From Longimicrobiales bacterium (lineage in GTDB: Bacteria; Gemmatimonadota; Gemmatimonadetes; Longimicrobiales; Gaopeijiaceae), in NCBI GenBank assembly GCA_965249725.1, contig CBDFMQ010000002.1, forward strand, positions 1,536,001-1,600,000: 64,000 bases of DNA, read 5' to 3'. The notes under the pieces are model-generated. The model worked only from the letters and a program-made list of their open reading frames with translations. It was not told the origin of the DNA and made no database searches. Of the stretch, positions 7,630 to 16,774 are shown piece after piece (the first letter of the stretch is position 1; each line of letters starts with the position of its first letter). Both the position numbers and the translations under genes were made by a program.

Positions 7630-8833
7630 GAAGAAAGCCCACTGGTCGAAAATCATCGACGCAGACGGAATCAGCATTCGACTCTACGAGCGGCTGGGAG
7701 GCACAGCCGTCTACATGTCATTTAAGTGGGATGAAAAGAAGGTGCAGAGGAGCACGAAGCGCAGTGATAGACGGGAGGCGGGAGAGTACGCTCGCCGATT
7801 CGTCCACGGCCTAGTAGAAGATCGATTCCTGGGACGCGCTGGGCCGGTGACGTTGGCGCAGGTGTTCCGCGTCTATAGGACCCATCGCCTTCCCCTGCCG
7901 ACTGACTCGTGGCAGAAAGCCGCCGAGATGCGGCTCAGGCTCTTCGAGGTGGCGTGGGGCTCCAACCTCAGCGTCGATGACATCGGTCAGACACAAATCG
8001 ACTCTTTCGACCACCTCCGGCGCTCTGGCCAGTTGACGCCCGACCACAACCGTGCCCGTAAAGCAGTCCGAGCCGGAACAATAGACAGCGACCTTCAGTT
8101 CTTGAGCGCCGTGTTCAATTGGGCTCACAAGCACAAGGTCGATGGTCGGAGACTCTTGTCGGAAAACCCGCTCCGAGATGTCGAGTGGCCGAGGGAGGAG
8201 AACGTTCGCCGACCCATCGCCTCGCACGAGCGATTCATGAAGACGATGGGGCACGTGGATGCCATCGACTCCGGGGGCCGCCTACGTTGCATCCTGACGT
8301 TGGCCCGGCACACCGGGCGCCGAGAGAACGCCATCTGCCAACTACTCGCCAGTGACTTGCTCCGCACCGAAGCGGAAGTCGGAGCCGTGTTGAGTGCGCT
8401 CGGGCTCGATGAGCGCCAAGCTAAGCACTTCCCCCACGGAGGCATTCGGTGGAGGGCCGAGACGGATAAGACCGGACGCTATACAGTGACGCCGATCCGA
8501 CAGGACGTTCGTGAGGCGATGGACGCGTACCTGCGGCAAAACCCACGGGTAGGAGACGTGCCGCTCTTCCCCGCCCCGAAGGATGACAGCAAGGCCATCC
8601 GCCGGGACCTCGCCGCACGATGGCTCCTGAAGGCTGAGAAGCTCGCAGGGCTACCCAAGCTGGCCGGCGGCCAGTTCCATCCCTACCGGAGGCTGTGGGC
8701 TACGGAACGGAAGGATCTACCAGTCCAGGACGTGGCGGCTGCCGGTGGATGGAAGAGCATGGAGACCGTTCAACGCCTCTACCAGCAGGCGGACGGGGCA
8801 ACCACACTGGCGGCGGTGGAGGCCGGAGAGTGA
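7622..8833 (+). CDS. int: Tyrosine recombinase / phage integrase
   Basis: HTGRR (catalytic R), DKT, HPYRR (HxxR), GGW...QRLY (W, catalytic Y). ATG at 7622 with SD AGGAGG. Confidence 0.93.
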   Translation: MPKKKAHWSKIIDADGISIRLYERLGGTAVYMSFKWDEKKVQRSTKRSDRREAGEYARRFVHGLVEDRFLGRAGPVTLAQVFRVYRTHRLPLPTDSWQKAAEMRLRLFEVAWGSNLSVDDIGQTQIDSFDHLRRSGQLTPDHNRARKAVRAGTIDSDLQFLSAVFNWAHKHKVDGRRLLSENPLRDVEWPREENVRRPIASHERFMKTMGHVDAIDSGGRLRCILTLARHTGRRENAICQLLASDLLRTEAEVGAVLSALGLDERQAKHFPHGGIRWRAETDKTGRYTVTPIRQDVREAMDAYLRQNPRVGDVPLFPAPKDDSKAIRRDLAARWLLKAEKLAGLPKLAGGQFHPYRRLWATERKDLPVQDVAAAGGWKSMETVQRLYQQADGATTLAAVEAGE

Positions 8834-8862
8834 CGCAGGGTCTCCTTTTCTTGTGTCCCGGT

Positions 8863-8883
8863 GGGATGCAAACGGGATGCAAA
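8863..8883. repeat. Tandem GGGATGCAAA pair, candidate integrase arm-type sites next to the att site
   Basis: GGGATGCAAA-C-GGGATGCAAA between the int stop and the tRNA 3' end. Confidence 0.6.
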
Positions 8884-8954
8884 GCGAAAAAGAGGCGGAA
8901 CGTGAGATGGGACTACAAGCCCCAGAAGCCAGTTGCCTATTAGGCTTTCGCAAG

Positions 8955-9029
8955 TGGGCGGTGGCAGATTCGAACTGCCGACCTCCTGGGTGTAAACCAG
9001 GCGCTCTGAACCAACTGAGCTAACCGCCC
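8955..9029 (-). tRNA. tRNA-Val(TAC), no encoded CCA
   Basis: GGGCGGTTAGCTCAGTTGGTTCAGAGCG-CCTGG-TTTACAC-CCAGG-AGGTCGGCAGTTCGAATCTGCCACCGCCCA folds as a cloverleaf. Confidence 0.97.
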
Positions 9030-9108
9030 GTGGGGTATTCCTCCAGCAACCAAGCCAAGAACACCGACTTCCCGACACAACTGCCGATGGCGTGGTTCTC
9101 CCCGGGGC

Positions 9109-9175
9109 CTCCCCCAGCTGCCCGGTATCCAACAAGACGTGCAACATAGTCTCGTCGTCGGCCTGAGTGTAGATG
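9109..9175 (-). pseudogene. Relic of a tyrosine integrase C-terminus, copy 1
   Basis: Translates IYTQADDETMLHVLLDTGQLGE, compared with the integrase end LYQQADGATTLAAVEAGE. 56/67 nt identical to 12360-12426. Confidence 0.65.
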
Positions 9176-9348
9176 CCTGTACCACGGCACGGCACTCCCG
9201 CCCGCTCGCCCCGGCATGGATTAGAGGTGAGCCAGTCAGCTACTACGCCTGGAATAGGTTCAAGAAGTATTGGCTCCTACATCCCGCAGCGACAGTCCAG
9301 AACTGCTTGCAATAGAGAGAGCGTCGGGATTCCTCTCCCACTTCGGGC

Positions 9349-12179
9349 TCAACAGGGGTCGGAGAACACAAACACTCCTTTGGCTTGCAGAGCGGCCACG
9401 TCCGTGCAACTCACGCTCGTGCCACGAAGGTCAACGGTGTTCCCCGCTCCGAGCCCCGTGTTGTCGAGCAGTGGCTGAATGTCGGTGAGGCCGGCGTTGA
9501 ATTGGAGGCGGAGAAAAGTCAGGCTTGTGAGCCCGCTCAGCACGCTGACGTCGCTGATCAAGTTGCTGGGGAGGAAGAGGAGCGTCAGGCTCGTGAGCTC
9601 GCTCAGCGCGCCGAGGTCGCTGATCGTGTTGGCGGAGAGGAAGAGGAGCGTCAGGCTCGTGAGCTCGCTCACCGCGCCGAGGTCGCTGATCGTGTTGAAG
9701 CTGAGCCGCAGGTCCGTCAGGCTCGTGAGCTCGCTCAGCGCGCCGATGTCGGTGATCGTGTTGTTGGAGAGGCCGAGGTGTGTCAGGCCCGTGAGCTCGC
9801 TCAGCGCGCCGATGTCGGTGATCGTGTTGAAGCGGAGGCCAAGGAAGGTCAGGCTCGTGAGATTCTGGATCCCCACCAAGCTCACGATCCCAAGGGAGTA
9901 GGCATCCATAGCCGTCAGCCACGATATCCGGCTGCAGGTGAGATCGTCCAGCGGGCCGAGCGCGAGCGCCACCCTGATCGCCGCGTCCAGGTTGGTATCC
10001 TCGAACGTCGCGATGGCAGAGGCGGGGTGATCGCTGCAGAGGTCGCCGGGCAAAAGTTCCGTCGTCCCGATTACCTCGGGGAGCCTCACGAATACGATTG
10101 TCGTGACCGGATCCTCATCCACAACAACCACGGTCAGCGTGTTGCCGGAGATAGTGTACTGGAGATCCTCGTCGTCGCACCCCGGGTCACAGATGAAGAA
10201 GCGAGTGCCCATGACATACCACGTGCCGTCGTCGGTGCAGCTGGTCTCCTCGTCGCAAAACAATTCCTGCGTGTCGCCGGCAACGGACTCCAAGAACGTT
10301 CCGTCGCCCATCAAATTGATAATGAACTGGGTGCTCGTTCCAACGAGCAATTCCACGCCGTTCTGCAAGACACTTGTGGCCCTCCATAACCCGACTAGGC
10401 TAGGTCCAATAGCCACGACAGTGGCACTGCCCGAGTTGTTGCTCGGATCGTCCTCCTGGTGCTCCAGCACCGCAGCGGTTGCCGTGTTCGTGAGCGTCTC
10501 GCCGGCAAAGCCTTCAGCCACCACGGCCGTTATCGTGAGGCGGACCAGGGCCCCCGGGGCCAGGCTCGGGATCGTCCACTCGCCGGTGCTGGGATTGAAC
10601 GCTCCATCGGACGAACGAACTGGAGTCCCGGGGGCAGATGGTCGGTGACCACGATGTGGTCGGCCCGGTCGGGCCCGTGGTTCGTGACGGCGATCGTGAA
10701 CACGACCTCCTCCGCCTCATGGACTTCGACCTGGTCGGCCTCCTTGGTGACCGCGATGTCGGCGACCCGTCGGCCCACGTCCACGAGCGCGGACGCCACG
10801 TTGTTGGACGGATCGTCGGTCTGATCGGTCAGCTGGGCAGCCGATGCGACGTTCTCCAGGGTCTCGCCTCCGGTCCCGTCGGCCAACGTGGCGACGATGG
10901 TGAGCGTGGCGGACGCCCCCGGCGCGAGGCTTCCCACGTCCCAGGCGCCAACAGGGTCGACGCTCCCGCTGGACGGCGTCATGGTCTCGAAGAACATGCC
11001 GTAGGGCTCGGGGTCGTCCACCTTGACCCCGGTAGCCGTCGCCGGGCCGTTGTTGACCACCGTGACCGTGAAGGTCACCAGGTCCCCCTCCAGCGCCGTC
11101 GGCTTGTCCACAACCTTGGTCACCGCGATGTCGGCCGTCAGGAGCGAGACTTCGAAGTCCTGGCTGGTGGCCGGATTGAGGCCCTGGGCGGTAGCAAAGA
11201 GCCGGAACAACCCGGCATCGGGACTGACCAGACCCTCGAACGTGGCGAGGCCCGCCACGGCGTCGACCGTGGTGGTGCCGTTCAGCTCGGCGGCCTGCGG
11301 TGCACCGACTTCGCCTGGTGCGGCTGCGGCGGCCGCAGCCACCACCGCTGCGGCCCGATTCTGTAGCTCGAGCGTGATCGAGCCCGTGTAGCTTGCGACG
11401 CGATCGCCCCGGGCGTCCACCGCCTCGACGCTGGGAGCGGGCTCGAGAGGCTGGTCGACTTCCACGGCGCCGGGCTGGGTCACAAAAGCCAGAGCGATGA
11501 CTCGCGGCAACACCAACAGGCTGAGGCTGGCCGATTCGGTTCCAGCGAGCACGGTGATGTCGACCGGGCCGGGAAGGTGCGCCTGAAGGAAGCCCCCCTG
11601 GGTCACCGTAGCGATCGACGAATTCGAGCTGTCCCAAATCAGTGTCGGAGTGCCGGGCTCGCTCATCTTGACCTGGGCTTGCAGCTGGAGCCCGTCGCCT
11701 TCGGTTACGGGGCCGGCTTCGAGCAACGTGAGCGACGTCACGAAGTTGTTGCTCAAGGGCCCGTGCACGAGCTGAGCCTCCTGGACTTGAGTTTGCGCGG
11801 TGAGGACGAACTCGGCGGTGACGCCCGAAAACTCCACCGCCCCGACCGCATTGACGGCCTCGAATGTGAGGTAGATCGCCTCCTGAGTGGCTTCGAACTC
11901 GCAGGTGACGACCCACTCGGTCAGGGTTGGATCGACCGACTCGACACATACCGCGAGGACGGCATCGTCGGACGCCCGCTTGACCGTCACCCGGATCTCC
12001 TCGACGGCGGCAGCCTGGTCGGTTGTGGTTCCCTGGGGGAAGACGGTCCGCAGACCTACCCCCACTGTCCCAGGGGAGGCTTGCCCGACTGGAGACGACC
12101 CGTCTACGCAGGAGGAGACCAGCAAGAGAGAAACAAGACCACAAAGGCCCAGAAGCCGTCGAGACACCATGGAGACCAT
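9349..12179 (-). pseudogene. Surface lipoprotein (Ig-like, 2x DUF11, lipocalin-like, internalin-type LRR), ~943 aa, with one frameshift near 10612-10618
   Basis: Lipobox LVSSC. The second DUF11 (ADIAVTK...) breaks at PPGLQFV and resumes in the 9349-10524 frame as SSDGAFNPSTGEWTIPSLAPG. C-terminal 22-aa LRRs. Confidence 0.8.
9518..9860. repeat. 66-bp coding tandem repeats (LRR units)
   Basis: About five near-identical units encoding LSELTSLTxLxLxxNTISDLGA. Confidence 0.85.
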
Positions 12180-12359
12180 CGCTGACGAGGAAGCGGAGGC
12201 TCGCTCCCTTAAAAAACAAATGTCGTGCTTACTTCAATCATGCGTCCATGAGGGTCATCCGGCAAACGCTTCGCGCGACTCGGTGTCGGCCGTCGCGGTA
12301 AGCACACCGCTCGAGGCCTCCAACCCCTTGGGTTTGGTTTAGGGTTGGTAGTCATCGGG

Positions 12360-12426
12360 CTCCCGCAGCTGCCCGGCGTTCAACACGACCTTCAAGGTAG
12401 TCTCGTCATCGGCCTGCGTGTAGATG
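12360..12426 (-). pseudogene. Relic of a tyrosine integrase C-terminus, copy 2
   Basis: Translates IYTQADDETTLKVVLNAGQLRE. Direct repeat of 9109-9175, followed by CTACCAACCCTAAACCAAACCCAA short repeats. Confidence 0.65.
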
Positions 12427-12427
12427 T

Positions 12428-13021
12428 CTACCATACGCCGGGGAAGAGCCGGTAACGAACCCGCGCAGCGTAGTCGGCGTAGCCGGGGAGCTTCGCCTGC
12501 AGTGTGCGGTCCTCGAGTGACGTACGGACGACAAGGGCGGCGATTGCGCCTAAGGCGGGGATGAACGCGCGGGCCGAGGACAGGAGAGGGGGAAGCGAGA
12601 GGATGAAGGCGAGCATGCCGACATATCCGGGGTGGCGCACGAACCGGTACGGGCCGGTGTCGACCGTGTGGTGCCCCCGTTCACTCTGAATGCGGACTGT
12701 CTTTTCAAAGAACGGGTTCTCACCCATGGCACGAAGGAAGAGGCCGCCGCCTAGTAGAAACAACGCAAGGCCAATCGGCTCCGCCCATGGAGGCAGCGGG
12801 GCCGAGCCGGAGTTGGCGTCGAATCCTGCAACCGCCGGGATCGCAAAGAACAACGGCGCGAACACTGCAAACCACACCCAGTCCCAGGTCTCAGTGCCTT
12901 TCTTAAGCCACATGCGGTGGCCAAGGACCTGAGGGTTCACGGCCCCTACATAGAGCAGTTGGCCGAAGCCGAAGATGAGCATGAGGCCCACAAAGCGACC
13001 CCAAGGGGAATCGGGTATCAT
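12428..13021 (-). CDS. Isoprenylcysteine carboxyl methyltransferase (ICMT/Ste14)-family membrane protein
   Basis: NPFFEKTVRIQ...HTVDTGPYRFVRHPGY...EDRTL...YADY. Start taken at MIPDSP. Confidence 0.88.
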   Translation of the reverse strand: MIPDSPWGRFVGLMLIFGFGQLLYVGAVNPQVLGHRMWLKKGTETWDWVWFAVFAPLFFAIPAVAGFDANSGSAPLPPWAEPIGLALFLLGGGLFLRAMGENPFFEKTVRIQSERGHHTVDTGPYRFVRHPGYVGMLAFILSLPPLLSSARAFIPALGAIAALVVRTSLEDRTLQAKLPGYADYAARVRYRLFPGVW

Positions 13022-13101
13022 TCGAGCCAGTGGTCCGGCGGTGCCGAAGCAACTATCCCGGCAAGGTCGGCCACTCCCAGAGGTGACGATTCCATCGCGT
13101 G

Positions 13102-13488
13102 CTACTCGGCGCTCTGTTTGGGCAGGGACGCGTGCACCAGGAAGCCACCAAGCAGCACACCGCCCAAGCCGCCCCCGACGCGATATGCAGCGAGCTGTTC
13201 GACGAACCACCATCGAATCAGCCCTGCCCAGAGGTCGAGGGGCACGAATGGAAGGATGAGGCCCACGAGGAGCACCAGGGCTCCGAAGATCCGAAGGCCC
13301 CTAGGGTATCTGGTTGCCGAGGCGCTGAAGATCAGAAGGAGGCCGGTGATGATCCGAATCGAAGCCGCAATGTAGAGGCCGGTTCGCGACTCCCAGTCTG
13401 CAACCGACACGAGTTGCTCCGGCAAGACGGCGATCCAAACGCCCGAGAGAATCACGGCGCCGCCGAGGGCCGCCACTGGTTTGGACAT
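13102..13488 (-). CDS. Hypothetical membrane protein (~4 TM)
   Basis: 128 aa with four hydrophobic segments. Confidence 0.7.
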   Translation of the reverse strand: MSKPVAALGGAVILSGVWIAVLPEQLVSVADWESRTGLYIAASIRIITGLLLIFSASATRYPRGLRIFGALVLLVGLILPFVPLDLWAGLIRWWFVEQLAAYRVGGGLGGVLLGGFLVHASLPKQSAE

Positions 13489-13660
13489 GTCTACCTTTGA
13501 TCTGTTTGTTCGTCGGAAGCCTGTAGTACAAAGCGAAGCTGCAACCTAGCACCCCCGCCGGTGGGGCGGCACGTCGTAACAACATGCGTGGCGTCGGGCC
13601 ACCGGCTTGACCATCTTTCCCGTTGAAAAAGCACACCGCGAACACGAGTCGAGATCTGAT

Positions 13661-15028
13661 ATGACAACGCTGAAATCCTACAACCCGGCCGACGGCGAAC
13701 TGGTCGGTGACGTCCCGGTCACGTCTCCCGACGACATCCCGGCAATGGTGGATCGCGCACGAGCGGCCCAGCCGGCGTGGGAAGCTCTGGGGCACGAAGA
13801 ACGCGCGCGCCTACTGGCGAAGGCCTCCGAGACGTTCGCGGAGCGAGCCGAGGACCTGGGAAGACTGATCACCGAAGAGATGGGCAAGCCTCTGCCCGAG
13901 GGGATTGGCGAGGCAAAATCCCTGGCCTACGTAGGCGAGGAGCTCGAGGAGATCGGTGAGGCTCTGGCACCCGAGACGTTCGAGGACGGTCGGAACCACT
14001 CCACCGTGTATCACGACGCCCTCGGGGTTTGCGCGGCGATTACTCCGTGGAACTTCCCGATGTCCATGCCCCACTGGATGGTGCTTCCCGCGCTGGCAGC
14101 CGGGAACACGGTGATTCTCAAGCCATCGGAGGAGACGCCGCTCTGCGGTCAGGCATACGCTGACGTGCTGAACGCGGCGCTCCCACCCGACGTCCTACAG
14201 GTGGTCCACGGGGCGGACGACCAGGGCAAGCGGCTCGTGGAGAGTGACGTCGACCTCATCGCCTTCACGGGCTCCAGAGAGACCGGCAAGCACATTCTGA
14301 GAGCGGCCAGTGGCGAGTTGAAGCGCGTTATCCTGGAACTAGGGGGCAAGGACCCCATGGTCGTCCTCGAGAACGCCGATCTCGAGAGGGCAGCCAAGTT
14401 CGCGGCCATGAACAGCTTCAGGAACGCGGGGCAGGTCTGTGTGAGCACAGAACGCATCTTCGTGCCGGAGTCCATCGCCGATCGCTTCGAGGCCCTCCTC
14501 GTAGAGGCGGGTGAAGCCATGAAGCAGGGCGACGGCATGGAGGAGGGCGTCAAGGTGGGACCCATGGTCAATGCCCAGCAGCGAGACCATGTCCTGGGGC
14601 AGATCGACACGGCGGTAGCCGAAGGCGCGAAGGTCCTGTCAGGTGGTGCCGGCCACCACGACAACTTCGTCACCCCCACCATCCTCACTGACGTGAGCGA
14701 AGAGATGGGCATCGCCAAGGACGAGACCTTCGGGCCGGTAGCTTGCGTGACGCGCGTGGCCTCTGAGGAGGACGCCATCGAACGGGCCAATGCCACGCAC
14801 TTCGGGTTGGGCGCCGTCGTCTTCGGTGAGGACGACGAGCGGACGGCCCAGGTCGCCCGGCGACTGACCGCCGGAATGATCGGAATCAACAAGGCTGCTG
14901 GCGGTGCGGCGGGAACGCCGTGGGTCGGGGCCCGGCAGAGCGGCTACGGCTTCCACAAATCCAAGGACGGGCACCGCCAGTTCACGCAGACGCGCGTGGT
15001 CACGAAGCCGGTTCCCAGGACCTCCTAG
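13661..15028 (+). CDS. NAD(P)-dependent aldehyde dehydrogenase (SSADH-like)
   Basis: ITPWNFP, KPSEETP, FTGS, LELGGKD, AGQVC, ETFGP. Confidence 0.93.
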   Translation: MTTLKSYNPADGELVGDVPVTSPDDIPAMVDRARAAQPAWEALGHEERARLLAKASETFAERAEDLGRLITEEMGKPLPEGIGEAKSLAYVGEELEEIGEALAPETFEDGRNHSTVYHDALGVCAAITPWNFPMSMPHWMVLPALAAGNTVILKPSEETPLCGQAYADVLNAALPPDVLQVVHGADDQGKRLVESDVDLIAFTGSRETGKHILRAASGELKRVILELGGKDPMVVLENADLERAAKFAAMNSFRNAGQVCVSTERIFVPESIADRFEALLVEAGEAMKQGDGMEEGVKVGPMVNAQQRDHVLGQIDTAVAEGAKVLSGGAGHHDNFVTPTILTDVSEEMGIAKDETFGPVACVTRVASEEDAIERANATHFGLGAVVFGEDDERTAQVARRLTAGMIGINKAAGGAAGTPWVGARQSGYGFHKSKDGHRQFTQTRVVTKPVPRTS

Positions 15029-15094
15029 AGTCCGGCGATCACGAAGAGCGGTGACGACCGACGCCAATAACGGATGGATCAGGAGATCCGACCT

Positions 15095-15301
15095 CTACAG
15101 GATGATGGCCAGAGGTACGAGAAACACGTAGCCGACGACCAACAGGATCGGGGCCATCGTGATGGACCCTTGGGCGAGAAGCCAGTACCCCAACGTGATC
15201 GTGAGCAGTGCTCCGACTCCGAACGCCAGATTGACGGTGGAGAACTGCAGCGATGCCTTCTCTGCAGCTCCACCTGACTTCGCATCGTTCTTCTTGGCCA
15301 T
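15095..15301 (-). CDS. Small 2-TM membrane protein (DUF3098-like)
   Basis: LQFSTVNL...GYWLLAQGSITMAPILLVVGYV. Confidence 0.65.
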   Translation of the reverse strand: MAKKNDAKSGGAAEKASLQFSTVNLAFGVGALLTITLGYWLLAQGSITMAPILLVVGYVFLVPLAIIL

Positions 15302-15349
15302 GGTCACGATCCTATTTGGCTCAGATTCCCCGGTCAACCGACCCGCGGG

Positions 15350-16705
15350 CTAGAGTCCGAAGCGTTCAACGTAGCGCGCGAGACGCGAGCGTGAGATCCC
15401 GAGCCGCCCCGCCGCCTCGGTCTTGTTGCCTCCAGTGCTCTCGAGCACCGAACGAAGCTGCCGCTCGATCGCACCGTCCAGAGTCATGTCACCCTCGTTG
15501 GCGGGGAGCGCCTGATCGGCCGGCCGGCGGTTGTCCCCCGCGAGGCCGAGCGCGAGATGTTCAGGCCCCACAACAGGCCCGCGTGCGACGACAGCACCTC
15601 TCGTGAGTGCGTTCTCGAGCTCACGCACGTTACCGGGCCAGTCGTGCGCGAGGAGTTCTCCCATCGCCGCCTCGGAGATCTGCCGAACGTCGCTACCTGT
15701 CTCGGTGCGGATTCTACTCAGGAGATGGTTCGCCAGAAGAGGAATGTCGTCTTTCCGCTCTCTCAGGTTGGGCACGACCATCTCGACGACGCGCAGGCGA
15801 AAGTAGAGATCCTCCCGGAATCCCCCCTCCTTGACGAGTTCCTCCATCGGTTGGTGCGTGGCTGCGACCACCCGGGCTTCCGTCCGCTTCGCTTGCTCGC
15901 CTCCCACAGGATAGAACTGCCTCTCCTGGAGCACGCGGAGCAACTTCGATTGAAAGTCGGGCGAAGTGTCGCCGATCTCGTCCAGAAAGATGGTCCCCCG
16001 CCCCGCCAGCTCGAAGTACCCCTTCTTGTTGGCGACGGCACCGGTAAACGCACCGCGGGCGTGCCCGAACAGCTCCGATTCCAGCAGCGTGTCGGTGAGC
16101 GCCGTGCAGTTCACCGCAATGAAGGGATCGGCTGCGTGGAGCGAGTGGTCGTGTATGGCGCGGGCCACCATCTCCTTACCCGTACCGGTCTCGCCGCGCA
16201 CGAGCACCGTGGTTCGGTTGCGGGACAGAACACCGATCATCTTGTAGATGTCGATCATCCGCGGGTCACGGCCCACCACGGTACCGGATGCTTCCGGGTC
16301 GGCGATGTCAGGCTCGGGATCCTCGGCGGCGGCACGGACCAGTTCCTGCTCGCCGAGGCAGCGCTCGACGACGGACTCCAGTTCCTTCAGGCCCACGGGC
16401 TTGACCAAGTAGTCGAACGCCCCGGACTTCATGGCCTCCACGGCCGACGTCATCGAGTCATGTCCGGTCATTACGATGACATCCACCCCCGCCATCGATT
16501 CGCGGAGCCGGTTCAGGAGCTCCAGCCCCGTCATCCCCTCCATCCGGACGTCGGTGATGACGACCGCGGGATCGAACGACATCACCTTGCCCAGGGCCTC
16601 CTCCGCGCTCTCCGCCTCATCCAGTTCATAGCCCGAATGCTCGAGCTTGGTCCGGAAGACCGAGCGGGTGTCGGCGTCGTCGTCGACGAGCAAGATGCGA
16701 GACAA
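15350..16705 (-). CDS. Sigma-54-dependent response regulator (NtrC/AtoC family)
   Basis: REC domain, GETGTGKE, GAFTGA, WPGNVREL, Fis-type HTH. Confidence 0.95.
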   Translation of the reverse strand: MSRILLVDDDADTRSVFRTKLEHSGYELDEAESAEEALGKVMSFDPAVVITDVRMEGMTGLELLNRLRESMAGVDVIVMTGHDSMTSAVEAMKSGAFDYLVKPVGLKELESVVERCLGEQELVRAAAEDPEPDIADPEASGTVVGRDPRMIDIYKMIGVLSRNRTTVLVRGETGTGKEMVARAIHDHSLHAADPFIAVNCTALTDTLLESELFGHARGAFTGAVANKKGYFELAGRGTIFLDEIGDTSPDFQSKLLRVLQERQFYPVGGEQAKRTEARVVAATHQPMEELVKEGGFREDLYFRLRVVEMVVPNLRERKDDIPLLANHLLSRIRTETGSDVRQISEAAMGELLAHDWPGNVRELENALTRGAVVARGPVVGPEHLALGLAGDNRRPADQALPANEGDMTLDGAIERQLRSVLESTGGNKTEAAGRLGISRSRLARYVERFGL

Positions 16706-16774
16706 AGTGTCCTCTACAGGCCTGTTGAATGGGTACAGCGGGTCGCGTTAGCAGCGCCGAGGCGTCCGTCACTC

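Larger units (their letters stand above)
758..8954. mobile_element. Integrated phage-related element (satellite-like or cryptic prophage) at the tRNA-Val 3' end; left boundary not resolved
   Basis: Integrase ends about 120 bp from the tRNA 3' end. Module order is repressor/Xis-like HTH, replication initiator, helicase, TerS, TerL. Confidence 0.85.

Noticed and set aside
8779..9217. ORFs 8779-9195, 8940-9185 and 9020-9217
   Set aside because: They overlap the tRNA gene; only the short integrase-relic segment looks coding-derived.
9109..13495. Classical integron (attC array) or DGR template/variable repeat pair
   Set aside because: The repeats lack the RYYYAAC...GTTRRRY attC structure, the integrase shows no recognisable IntI features, there is no reverse transcriptase, and mismatches are not adenine-specific.
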